A DNA stretch of 64,000 nucleotides, taken from the NCBI RefSeq assembly GCF_004010195.1, contig NC_057718.1, positions 23,466,637-23,530,636 of the forward strand. The letters run 5' to 3'. The notes under the pieces are model-generated. The model did not search any database, was not told where the DNA came from, and worked only from the letters and a program-made list of their open reading frames with translations. The number at the start of each line of letters is the position of its first letter. Within the stretch, counting starts at the first letter, position 1. The position numbers were made by a program, and so were the translations under genes. This document shows, piece after piece, positions 25,790 through 38,294 of this stretch. The DNA comes from Chiloscyllium plagiosum (lineage: Eukaryota).

Positions 25790-28700
25790 GAAAATGCAAC
25801 AAGGAAGGAATTAATGTAAGAAACGATAGACAAGGACAGAAAGGGACAAAGAATGCAGATCCAAGAGCAACTCAACACATGCAACTAGAGATTACAAAAA
25901 TAATCAAAGGACAGAGTGTAAGGCACTGTATTTGAATGCACATAGCATTCAAAACAAAACAAGCTGGTAGTACAAAGTAAGATCAATCATATGATCCCCA
26001 CAGCCTGGAAGCAGGCTATGCAGCCCATTAAATCCACACCAACCCTCGGAAGACCATTCCTCCATGATCCACACCTCCCACCCTGGACAATTTAGTATGA
26101 CCAATCCACCTAACCTGCACAGATTTGGACTGCAGGAGGAAACTGGAATACCCAGAGGAAATCCATGCAGACACAGAGAGAATGCGCAAATTTCACACAG
26201 GCAAGGCTGGAATCAAGCCCAGGTCCCTGGTGATGTGAGGCTGCAGTGCTAACCACTGAGCCACCATGCCACTCCTATATACATGGCCATAATTGAAGTG
26301 TAGTTGCAGGATAACCTAGATTGGGATCTGAATATTGAAGAGGACATGACATTTAGGAAAAACAGGAAGCTATACTCGTGGCTCTGTTAATTAAAGTTGA
26401 TAATAGTACAATAGAGAAGGATAATCTTAAGTCAGAACAAAGACGCACCAATTTAAAGTTGAGAAGAGGAAGAATTATTTTCTCACAGAGGATTGTGAGA
26501 TATTGGAACTCATTGATTGAGAGAGCTGTGAGGGCAGAGTTGTTGTATATATTTACGACTGAGGTAGATAGATTGCTGCTCATTACGGAACTAAATTTTG
26601 ATAGGGAAAATGCAGGAAAATGGATATGAGGAATGTTGAATCAGCCATTATCCTATTGAATGGTGGAGATGGGTTTGACAGGCCAAATGGCCTACTCCTG
26701 TTCCTATTTCTTAATGGTCTTATGACCATAAGAAATCAAAGCAATCCAGGTAGAGGTGAAGAACAATAAAGACAAGAGGTCACTTGTAGGATTGAATACA
26801 GGCCCCCTAACAGCAATCACATGGTATGACAGAATATCAAGGCAGAAATAATGGAAGCTTGTCAAGAGGGTATAGCAATTATCTTAGGATACTTTAACTT
26901 AAGATACTATATATATACTGGAGAAATCAGGTGGGAAAAAGTAGTGAGGAGGAGGAATTAATTGAATGTTTAGACTAGCATATTATTGATAACAATCAGA
27001 GAGCAGGCTATACTAGACCTGGTTTTCACCACTTAATCACTGGTCTCATAACAAAAGTTCCCCTGGGTAGCAGTGACCAATACATGATTGAATTTTACAC
27101 ACAGTTTAAGGGAGAAAAGTGTGGATCCAAGACTAATACTTTGAATTTAAACAAGGGCAATTATGAGGACAGGAAAGCAGAACTAGTAAAAGTGAATCGG
27201 CAATTTAGTTGGAGGGATATTTCAATAGAGATACAGTGGCAAACATATTCTGTAAAGTGCAGAATAGATACATTCCAACAAATAAGAACAATTCTAAGGG
27301 ACAGACCTACCATCCATGCTTAACTAAAAAAGTCAAAAATAATATCACACTCAAAGAAATGTATTTAAAAATGTATTTAAAAAACAATTACTAAAAGATT
27401 AATCAGAAGGGGATAATTAAAACATGAGATAAAGTTAGCCAAACTATAAAAATTATGAGGAAAGGTTTCTTCAGATATTGAAAAAAGATAGGAGTTGACA
27501 AAGTAAATGTTGGTCATAAAGAAAATGAAACTGAGAATTAGTAATTGAACATGAAGAGATGGCAGAAGAATTGAACAGATATTTTGTATCAGTCCTCACT
27601 CGAGAAACAGCTTTAAATCAGGAATTGTAAGGAGAGCGAGAAACTCAAGAAAATTACATTTAGGGATCTAGCACTGAGTATATTCTTGGAACTGCGAGTT
27701 CACAAATCCCCAGGTCCCAATGGATTTCACTCTTGCACCTTAAAAGAAGTAGCTAGTGAAATGATTGGTGTGTTCGTTTTAATTTTCCATGACTTAGATT
27801 TAGGGAAGTATCCTTTAGATTGAAACAGAGCTAAAGAAACTATTTTATTCTAAAAGGTAGGGAGGCAGAAAGTAGGAAACCACAGGTTAGTTAGACCAAC
27901 ACCTGTCATTGGGAAAATTTTAGAAGGTGTTATGAGAGTTATAACAGGACACTTGGATAAATTGAAGGTAATCAGGCAGAGCAATATGATCTTGTCAAAG
28001 GGAAATCATATTTGACTAATTTATTGGGTTTAATTGAAGAAGTAACTTGTGCTGTAGATGAAGGAGAACCTGTGGATATACTGCATTTAGATTTCCAGAA
28101 GACATTTGAAATGTTGTCACTTCAAAGGTTATTATAAAAGTAAAAGCTCATGTGTAAGGGGTAACATATTGGCATGGATAGACAATTGGCTGGCTCACAA
28201 GAAGTCGAGAGTTGGAATAAGTGGGTCCTTTTCAGGCTGACAGTGATATGCCATGAGGTCAGTGCTGGGGACTCAACCCCTTACAATTTATTGAAATGGT
28301 TTGGATGAAGGGCTCAATGATATGGTAGCTAAATTTTCTGATGACCCAAATATAGGTGGGAAAGTGAGTTGTGACATAGATGTAAGGACCCTACCAAGGA
28401 ATATTGTTAGGTTAAGTGAGTGGACAGGGAATCGAGGGTTTCAATTATAAGAAGAGGCTGGTTAGACTGGAATGCTTTTCATCGGAATGTCGGAGGTTAA
28501 GGGGTGACCTTATGGAGGTTTATAATCACAAGAGGCATAGATAACATGAATGGCAGGTCTCTTTTCCCTAGGGTGGAGAATTTGAAGAGTAGGAAGCATA
28601 TTTTTTAGGTAAAAGGAGAAAGATCCAAAAAACTTTTTCCTACACAAAGAGTGGTTTGTGTGTGGAATGAACTTCCAAAGGAAGTGATGGGTGCGGGTAC

Positions 28701-29790
28701 AGCTACAATATTTAAAAGACATTTGGATAAGTACATGAATAAGAAATGCTCAGAGGGATCTGCATCGAGAACGTGGTGCTGGAAAAGCAAAGCATGTCAG
28801 GCAGCAACTGAGGAGCAGGAGAATCAACATTTCAGGCAAAAGCCCGATGAAAGCACCATACTCTTGACTCTGATCTCAAGCACCTATAGTCCTCACTTTC
28901 TCCTTGGAGAAATATGAGCCAAATGCAGGCAAGTGGTAATAGTTTAGTTCAGGATTATTGTCAGCATGGAATGTTTGGACGAAGGGTCTGTTCCGTACTC
29001 TGTCGCTCTATGGCTCTGTGATTCAATGAATCTATTAATGGAGTACAAATGGAAAAAGTGCAAAATTGTCCATTTTGATAGAAGGAATGAAAAGAAAGTA
29101 AATTATCAAGATAGTGGTTGCAGAGCTCTGAGATCCAGAGGGATCTGTGTGTCTTACAGCATGAATGCCAGAAGGTAAGTATGCAGTCACAGCAAGTAAT
29201 TAGAACAGCTAATATTACAAGAAGAATTGAATCTTAAAGTAGGGAAGTTATGCTTCAGTTTTGCAGATCATTAGCGAGACTGTATTTGGAATACTGAGTA
29301 GAGTATTCAGTATTGGAAGCTGTTGGAAGCAGTTCAGAGAAGGTTCACTGGATTAACACCTAGAATGAGTGGATTGCCTAATGATGAAAAGTTAGACAGG
29401 GCTAAGTCTGTATCCTCTGGAATTTACAAGAGTCAGAGGTGACTTAATTGAACCATTTACGACCCTGAGAAGTCTTGACAGTATAGATGTGGAAATTTTG
29501 TTTCCTATTGTAGGAGAATCTAGAACTAGAGGTCAGAAGTTAAAAAGTAAGAGGGCACGATTTAGAAAAGTGATGAGAAAACATTTCTTTCTCTCAGAGG
29601 GTTGTGAGTCTTTGGAAACACTTCCTCAAAAAACAGTAGATGTAACATATTTTTGGGACAGAGTTAGGTAGATTCTTGATTACCAAGTGGATTAAAATTG
29701 ATTGGAGGTATTCAGAAATGTAAAGTTGGGGTTAAAATCAGATTAGTCTTGATCTTACTGAATGGAAGAGCAGGCTTTATTCCTTGTTAT
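25790..29790 (+). mobile_element. Old near-full CR1 ORF2 with nested insertions
   Basis: YLNAHSIQNK (APE) at ~25930, ILDLV/GSSDQ, LDFQKTF, KFSDD; interrupted by SINE 25992-26272, CR1 tails 26435-26722 and 28430-29030, PLE piece 28770-28905. Confidence 0.85.
25992..26272 (-). mobile_element. HE1-type V-SINE nested in CR1
   Basis: cagtgctaaccactgagccaccatgcc. Confidence 0.85.
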
Positions 29791-30779
29791 TTGTTCATTG
29801 TTTCAGCAGTTTTTCTTAAATGCTATTCACACATGTGTTTTGCAAAGGTAGCTCGTGTCTGTGCTTTATTTCATCGTAGAAAATGACGTTAGGTGGACAA
29901 AATGTTTTTCTGTTTCACTTCACAGTCAATTGATCTTTATTAGGGAAAATGTTTCAATCCTATTTATTTTTAAAATCATATTCATGTATAAATAAGGCAT
30001 GAACTGCTGGCCAGCACACCTCATTGTGGTTGTGTTTTCAAATTATTGCCTTCCCAGTATTTCGAGTCTGATTCTGATGTGTCTGAATGCACATCATATA
30101 TTGGATTATTTGTAGAACAGTCAATAAATTAAGAAAATGCATTCTTCGTTTCCTCCTGAGCCCAATTATGTTATTCTTATTTATCTCCTTCTGAATTGGC
30201 AACCAAAATTTGGTGCCAAATATTTATGCCTGACCCCTCTCCCCAGCACACTCATCACTCTCATTCTCATCTTCACTTTTGACAGAGGCTGAATCAGTTT
30301 TTCATTCACTCATAGTGTTAAACATTTCCTGTAAACTAAATAATAATAAGAATTGGATTCATAATAAATTTCAAAATGCAATGCACTTTCCCCTTTAACA
30401 ACTTTAGTGAGTGGGGCTTTGAGCTGGAGCAAGATCTATATCTTCACCCACTAGCTAGTAGACTGGTGAAGGTTGTCTGCCTGTCAGAGAATTGTAGGAG
30501 AACAAATGAATGTTGGATAATGGGCTGACTGTCCACTTTGCCAGTGTTTTACTGTGGTACTCAAAATGGAAATAATGGAGATATAGAGCTGTCACTTCTG
30601 CTGGTACTTACTCTGAACTCCAGTCTGTGGAAAAACTGGACCAGGACCTCAACCCTTTGTAAACTTCATCAAAACTTTGCATAGGTTCAACAAAGAACAA
30701 GTCTCACACCAGGTCATTAAAGGCTCTGCTTTAACTTAAGTATAATTCCATGGATTTCATAAATTATGTTTTTTTTTGT

Positions 30780-31167
30780 GCTGAGAGGTGACCTTATAGA
30801 GGTTTACAAAATTATGAGGGACATGGATAGGATAAATAGACAAAGTATTTTCCCTGGGGTCGGGGAATCCAGAACTAGAGGACATAGGTTTAAGGGTGAC
30901 AGGGGAAAGGTATAAAAGAGACCTAAGGGGCAACTTTTTCACGCAAAGAGTGATATGTGTATGGAATGAGCTGCCAGAGGATGTAGTGGAGGCTGGTACA
31001 ATTGCAACATTTAAGAGGCATTTGGATGGGTATATGAATAGGAAGGGTTTGGAGGGATATGGGCCGGGTACTGGCAGGTGGGATTAGATTGGGTTGGGAT
31101 ATCTGCTCGGCATGGACGGGTTGGACCGAAGGGTCTGTTTCCATGCTGTGCATCTCTATGACTCTAT
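30780..31167 (+). mobile_element. CR1 3' end, young subfamily
   Basis: RDLRGNFFTQRV..WNELP; ctctatgactctatg tail. Confidence 0.92.
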
Positions 31168-31865
31168 GTTTTCTTGCAGCACCGTACCATATTAATTACT
31201 TTCACAGTCTGAAAGCACAAATTGTGCATTTCCACACTGTTTTAGAACATCAGATTCTCCCTCAGGCGTCTTCTGTTATTATATAAGTGTTAAGGGTACT
31301 GAAGATTCTTCACGGGCTGTCTAGAGGCATTATTAAGTTAGCTTGTTGGCTTTGATTGGCCCAACATAAGGCTCAACATCAGAACAAACACACTTTTCTT
31401 TTTTAATGAGCATAGTTTTCATTTTTGAATTCTTTTATGTAATACAAATCTTTCAGAAGGAACGTTTAAGTAATCCAGCAAAGCAGGTAAAGTTATACAG
31501 GAATTATTCATGTCTGCTGGGTGGCAGCCAAATTAATGTAACTCGCATTAATCCTCATCTCTCCTGAAGTCAATGACTAGTGCTGGAATGCAGCAGCTTT
31601 GTGCCAACAGTCTTATTAGACGAGTTAGTCATTCTCTGTGCATGAGTCTGTATAATGAGTTCTGTTGGGCTGTTTGAACATGGGAAATAGCAGAGCTGAT
31701 CACTGTTATTAGCCAGGGCCCTACACATTCACACATTACCAAGAAGGATCTAATTGATAGCGACTAGGATATAGGAGTCTAACTTATTTCTCCCATCTGA
31801 TTGGTGGAGCTGAAATTAGTCATGTTACAATCTTTCCCCCAGAGAATTTTTTAATTGAATCAGTG

Positions 31866-31945
31866 GAACAGGTCAGGCAGCATCCAAGGAGCAGGAGAAT
31901 CGACGTTTCGGGCATAAGCCCTTCTCGAGCAACACATTTTTCAGC
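31866..31945. mobile_element. Truncated PLE fold-back fragment
   Basis: Shares gcatccaaggagcaggagaatcgacgtttcgggcataagcccttctc with 2826-2872. Confidence 0.7.
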
Positions 31946-32008
31946 ATATATGTATTCACATCAACATGTAATCAGACAGAAAAAGACAAAATTGGGCACT
32001 GTTGTAAC

Positions 32009-32150
32009 TCTGGATTAGTGGTGCTGGAAGAGCACAGCAGTTCAGGCAGCATCCAAGGAGCAGCTCCTTGGATTCTGCCTGAACTGCTGTGCTCTTCCAG
32101 CACCACGAATCCAGAATCTGGTTTCCAGCATCTGCAGTCATTGTTTTTAC
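32009..32150. mobile_element. Fold-back PLE mini-element without ribozyme core, 15-bp TSD
   Basis: ~55-bp near-perfect inverted arms plus tail; TSD actgttgtaactctg 31998-32012 and 32149-32163. Confidence 0.88.
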
Positions 32151-32170
32151 TGTTGTAACTCTGACAGTCA

Positions 32171-32593
32171 GGGCGGGATAACTGTATTCATGGCCTCTCA
32201 GTGCCTTGCTTGGACTATGTGGATCTACCTCGCAGTCATGCTGCTTGCATGGCCTTGTCAAGCACCTGCCACACTCTAGGCACATCTCAGGCACCATTTT
32301 TGTTTGCGCTGGAAGTGTGCCTGTATTCACAAAATATATTCCTGACTTCCTGTTCGTGGGACTCAGAGCACAAACCACATCTGGGCATCTCTTCCTCACC
32401 AGCCCATGATGGAATCCAGTATTATCCTTCAGAAAGGGAGTAGACCACTTGGTCAACATTTGGACCTTCTGAGATATGCTGGATATCTGTAAAGCTGCAA
32501 ACTACAGAACCATCAATGGAGGCAGTCATAGTCTTTGGCCCAACCTTCTCTATATCCATGACTTTGATGAGGCTCTAGTCCGTTATCCCGCCC
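32171..32593. mobile_element. Possible MITE bounded by 12-bp inverted repeat GGGCGGGATAAC
   Basis: gggcgggataac 32171-32182 and gttatcccgccc 32582-32593; no TSD seen. Confidence 0.4.
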
Positions 32594-33744
32594 CCCCCCC
32601 AACCCCCCCACTCTTACAAACAAGTCCACGGGAGACAGCAAAGTTTACGGCCATTGTAATGAACTGCAGAAATTGTGCCCAAACTGGCTGAAAAACAAAA
32701 AAATCTAAAGATTTGTAAACTACTAACAAACAATTCAACTTATGATATGAGCAGGTTCCAATCTCACTTTTTTATATTTCGTCTGAATTCTTGGCATTAG
32801 CAGTTGGTTATTGTTCAGGATTACAACATTCAATAACTTACACAGCATAAAGATTGCTGTCTGATCTGATGAACATGACCCATGTGCATTGTCATTGTTT
32901 TTAGGATCACGCTTACAAAGATTAAACCTAATTCTTTCAATTGTTTACCGGAACAGCAGACATGAAACCCATTTGTTTTTGACAAGCATCTTAGGAGTAT
33001 TTGAACCTTTACTCCTCAAGAGATGATCTATGCTTCTCAAGATAGAGATGTTTAATGAATACCGGGTAATATCCCGATTTCTTAATGTCGAAGGAAATTG
33101 AAACAATTTCCAATAAATGAAAGTCAAATGGGCAAAAATCAATCTTGCATCCAGGAAATAAAGGGTGATGAGAACAATAGATTTTTTCCCAAGAAATTGC
33201 AAGAATTCATTATTATTTTAAACTTTTTAAAATTTATTTGCAATAGGTGAGAGATAAAGCAAAACTCTTACAAGGCCCTGGAAATCTGTTAAGAAATTCA
33301 CTGGAAGTAAAATGAAATATGAATGCATGTGTTGTTATATAGACTGAGATCAGAATCTCCAAGAATAAAGATTAAAAAGCTCAAAGTTATTGTCTATTAT
33401 TCACACTGGTGATTGAGGTCTGGAATAATCAAAACCATCTCATGATCCAATATCTGCTTTAAATTGGTCTTTCTGTTTGAGCGTTTCCTTTCAATTTTAT
33501 CATTTCTGCTCTTTGTCTGTCTACAAAGAAATACCCTCTCCTTTTAAATGAAAGGAGCTTAGTTTCCTTTCAGTCTATATCTCAATCTTATGTGCTATCG
33601 TTAACTGAGCCAATTTCAGCCTAATTACATTACTGCGTACATACAAGTGCTGTCCAGGGAGCCTAGAATTAATACTGGAGGATGCCAATAACAATACAAA
33701 TACCCACTCTTTAATAGAATCATAGAAATGTAATGATTTGTTTG

Positions 33745-34545
33745 TCCTTCATCCAGGCTTGGGCTGACAAGTGGCAAGTATCATTTGTACCACAGAAATG
33801 CCAGACTATGACCATCACCAATAAGAAACAATCTAACCACCACCCCTTGACATTCAACAGTGTTGCCATCAGGGCGTCTTCCAATATCAACATCCTGGGG
33901 GTTAACAATGATCAGAAACTCAACTGGACTCACCACATTAGCACTGTGATTACAAGAGTATGTCAGAGATTAGGAAAAGGAAAACTCAACTCCTGACTTC
34001 TCAAAGCCCCCGCCATCTACAAGGCACGAGTCAGGAGTGTGATGCCCCACACTAACCTGGATGGGTGCAGCCCCAACAACACTCAAGAAGCTTGGCATCA
34101 TCCAGGACAAAAATCCGCTTGATTGATACCACATCCATAAACTTTCACTCCTCCACCAACAACATTCAGTAGCAGCAGTGTGTACTAACTACAAAATGCA
34201 CTGCAGAAATTCACCAAAGATCATCAGGCAGCACCTTCCAAACCCAAAAACACTTCCATCTGGAAGACAAGGGCAGCAGATGGATGGGAACACCATCATC
34301 TCCAAGTGCCCCTTCAAAGCCACTCACCATCCTGACTTGGAAATATATCGCCATTCCTTCACTGTCACTGGGTCAAAATCCTGGAATTTTCCCCCCCAAT
34401 GGCATTGTGGGTCAACTCACAGTAGATGGACTGCAGCTGTTCAAGAAGGCAGCTCACCACCACCCTCTCAAGGGGCAACTAAGGACAGGCAATAAATGCT
34501 GGCCAGCCAGCAACACCCATATCTCACAAAATGAATAAATAAAAA
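33745..34545 (+). mobile_element. Second CR1/L2-group LINE family, 3' part
   Basis: WADKWQVSFVPQKCQTM, ILGV..DQKLNWTHHI, YKARVRSVM; A-rich tail. Confidence 0.85.
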
Positions 34546-34694
34546 ATAAAATGGAATTTTATGGATATTCATGTGGCTTTAACCACTGTCCAGCTTCAAT
34601 ATTATATTGAAAGCCATTTCATGTGGCATCTTAATTTGAACCTTGATTACACGAAACACTTATTAACACCAGCTGAAGTAACTGATGTTGCAGG

Positions 34695-35035
34695 AATCAT
34701 AGATCCCCTACAATGTGGAAGCAGGCTGTTCGAACCATCGAGTTCACATTGAGCCCTGCAAAGAGAATCCCACCAAGACCCACCCCATCCCTGTGACCCT
34801 ACATTTCCCATGGCTAACCCACCAAGCCTGCACATCCATGGACACAATGGGAAATTTAGCATGGTCAATCCACCTAACCAGCATATCTTTAAACTATGGG
34901 ACAAAACTGGAGCACCTGGAGGAAACCCATGCAGACACAGGGAGAATGTGCAAACTCCACACAGACAGCTGCTAAAGACTGGAATCAAACCCAAGTCCCT
35001 GTGAGGAACAGTGCTAACTACTGAGCCACTGAGCC
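34695..35035 (-). mobile_element. HE1-type V-SINE
   Basis: gaatgtgcaaactccacacagac. Confidence 0.88.
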
Positions 35036-35466
35036 ACTGAAAACTGCAGTAAAGCTACAGAGAGAAATATATTTGTTTTCATCTTCAAGTTTGTTGATGC
35101 TCTGTTTAATCTTGAGGGAACATAGTAAACAAATATTAATTGAAGTAATTGAAAAAAAATCAAAATGCTGAATCTTCCCATATCTTGGCTGTGCCAATTT
35201 CATCAGGTTTTATGGAGGGTTTCTTCCTGCAAGACTTTGTGAGAATTTATTTTGCTATCATTTACTTCATTAACTGTCTACATGCCCCTACAGCGCACCT
35301 CTCATCTGATATTAGCCCAATTCTCCTGCTCCCTGTGGACTCACGTTTGCACCTTCACTGGGTTATTTTGGAAAGGACTGGTACCGCTGACACCAGAACC
35401 ATACTTGGCAAACTGCTGTGCTTGGCTTCCCAGAGCTGACTGGCTGTACCCAGTTGGGCGAACACA

Positions 35467-35699
35467 ATGGCAGACAGGGTAAGGGGTGGGAATGGGGGAG
35501 ATGGGCATCCATGAGGAAACATGAGGTTCTGGTAGATAAGGTGGTGCAGAGGAAAGTTGCCCTCTTCCTCCGAGGCCCTGAGAGGAGACCATGCCACCAG
35601 ATACTGACAACCTGGCCAGAGGCCACCACTCAGTTGGTGCAGTCTCCATAGTTCTGAAAAATACCCAGGTGTGCCAATAACCTTCTCCACTCTGCCAAG
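35467..35699 (+). pseudogene. Harbinger-type Myb/SANT-like DNA-binding protein, first exon, frameshifted
   Basis: ATG 35467; EVLVDKVVQRKVALF..WPEATTQ/VGAVSIVLKNTQVC/NNLLHSAK then donor AAG|GTAAGT at 35700. Confidence 0.65.
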
Positions 35700-36332
35700 G
35701 TAAGTGTCATTAACCTGCTGCCTAGCACTCACTAAATTTTGTCCAAAATGCCGAACTTCCACTAAGGCTCTTGTTCTACCATTCTCACTGTTGTATGCAG
35801 CAGCTTTTCTTACTCACTGTCATCCACTCCAATGCCCCTACATTACAGATACGTCATGCCCTCTGCTTTGCTGACTGACTCACTTGGAGCGTCTCACCAT
35901 CTTTCCCCCACCTGCACCAGCATTCACTGCGCCAATAACTGCCTTCACTCCAGATGCCCCCCTTCCTCACAAGGAGACAGGGCGCTGCCAAGAGGCTTCC
36001 AGCCAGAGGAGAAACCATATTAAGGCCCTCAGAGGTTTCCTCTAATGACATTCCAGAGGTGGCCAAGGTTTTTCCCTCCACCCTGCTTGCCACCCCAGCC
36101 TTCCCACCTGCCAAGGCAAGAAGGCTGCTCTTGCCTCTGGTAAGGATACACTCAGCATATCTGGGCCCTCTAGGTACAAACTGTTCCAGGGTTGGAAGAC
36201 CAATACTTCAAAGCCAATGAGCTCTACTGCAGGACAGGCTCCCTCCTCCCTGGCCAATGACCCAGGGACTGCACTCATGTGGAACGGGAGAAAGAAGAGA
36301 ACTTTCAGAGGAGACATTAGTGATGATGACAG

Positions 36333-37305
36333 TCATAATCATAGAGTCATAGAGATGTGCAGCATGGAAACAGCCTCTTTGGTCCAACCCGTCCATGCCG
36401 ACCAGATATCCCAACCCAATCTAGACCCACCTGCCAGCACCTGGCTCATAGCCTTCCAAACCCTTCCTATTCATATACCCACCCAGAGGCCTTCTAAACG
36501 TTGCAATTGTACTAGCCTCCGTCACTTCCTCTGGCAGCTCATTCCATACATCCTCTGCATGAAAAAGATGCCCCTTAGGTCTCTTTTATATCTTTCCCCT
36601 CGCACATTAACCCTATGTCCTCTAGTTCTGGACTCCCCCAACCCAGGGAAAAGACTTTGTCTATTTATCCTATCCACACCTCTCATGATTTTACAAGCCT
36701 CTATAAGGTCACCCCTCAGCCTCCAACACTCCAGGGAAAACAGCCCCAGCCTATTCAACCTCTCCCTATAGTTCAAATCCACCAACCCAGGCAACATCCG
36801 TGTAATTCTTTTCTGAACCTTTTCAAGTTTCACAACATCTTTCTGATAGGAAGGAGACCAGAATTGCATGACACTCCCTTGGACCTTACCATTAAGTGTA
36901 TAAGTCCTGCTAAGATTTGCTTTTCCAAAATGCAACGCCTCACACTTATCTAAATTAAACTCCAGCTGCCACTTCTTAGCCCATTAGCCCATCTGATCAA
37001 GATCCAGTTGTAATCTGAGGTAACCTTCTTTGCTGTCCACTACACTTCCAATTTTGGTGTCATCTGCAAACTTACTAACTGTACCTCTGATGCTCACATC
37101 CAAATCATTTATATAAATGATGAAATGTAGAGGATCCAGCACCGATCCTTGTGGCATTCCACTGGTCACAGGCCTCCAGTCTGAAAAACAGCCTGCACCA
37201 CCACCCTCTGTCTTCTACTTTTGAGCCAGTTCTGTATCCAAATGGCTAGTTCTCCCTGTATTCCATGATTTATCCACTTTTATTAATTTCAAGACATCCA
37301 GCACT
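36333..37305 (-). mobile_element. CR1 RT and 3' end, internally deleted
   Basis: SGMPQGSVL, KFADDTKIG, LEKVQKRITRMLPG; catagagt tail. Confidence 0.92.
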
Positions 37306-37584
37306 TCCTTAGCCAAACAACTCCAAATGATGAGACCCCAAAGACAGCAAATGAGCAGCCTGAGTTGCAGCCTGACCCATTCTATGCCTCTCCATGATTG
37401 TAAACATTCCAGTGATAGTTGTCAGTGCACGCCGATGTACAGCTTTATAGAGCAGAGGCTCGCTCTAAATGAAGATGTGCCATGAGAATCTGCCACATGT
37501 TGGATGCCAATGTCCATGGATGTGGGGCACATGCAGCTGCTGTTCTGGTGGGTTCCCTGGGGTGTTGGTACTGGGTGCACAGCA

Positions 37585-38093
37585 TAGAACATAGAACATT
37601 ACAGCGCAGTACAGGCTCTTCAGCCCTCGATGTTGCGCCGACCTGTCATACCAATCTGAAGCCCATCTAACCTACACTATTCCATGTACGTCCATATGCT
37701 TGTCCAATGACGACTTAAATGCACTTAAAGTTGGCGAATCTACTACCGTTGCAGGCAAAGCATTCCATACCCTTACTACTCTGAGTAAAGAAACTACCTC
37801 TGACATCTGTCCTATATCTATCACCTCTCAATTTAAAGCTATGTCCCCTCATGCTCGCCGTCACCATACTTGGAAAAAGGCTCTGATTATCTTATATGTC
37901 TCTATTAAGTCACCTCTCAACCTTCTTCTCTCCAACGAAAACAGCCTCAAGTCCCTCAGCCTTTCCTCGTAAGACCTTCCCTCCATACCAGGCAACATCC
38001 TAGTAAATCTCCTCTGCACCCTTTCCAAAGCTTCCACATCCTTCTTATAATGTGGTGACCAGAACTGTACACAATACTCCAAGTGCGGCTGCA
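37585..38093 (-). mobile_element. CR1 3' end with (catagaa)n tail
   Basis: PHLEYCVQFWSPHYKKDVEALERVQRRFTRMLPG. Confidence 0.9.
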
Positions 38094-38294
38094 TGGTGGT
38101 ACAGAGGAGTAATCAGTGAGCTGGAATTGCCCAGCAACCTCTTGGCACCTGAGTAGTACCACCCTTTCCAAAGCTTCCACATCCTTCTTATAATGTGGTG
38201 ACCAGAACTGTACACAATACTCCAAGTGCGGCTGGTACGAGGAGTAATCAGTGAGCTGGAATTGCCCAGCAACCTCTTGGCACCTGAGTAGTAC
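38017..38294. repeat. Tandem duplication (~143 + 135 bp) spanning the CR1 5' junction
   Basis: 38017-38159 repeated at 38160-38294. Confidence 0.9.

Noticed and set aside
37310..37582. Possible Harbinger transposase N-terminus inside the TIR element
   Set aside because: Only vague similarity; no DDE motifs found on either strand
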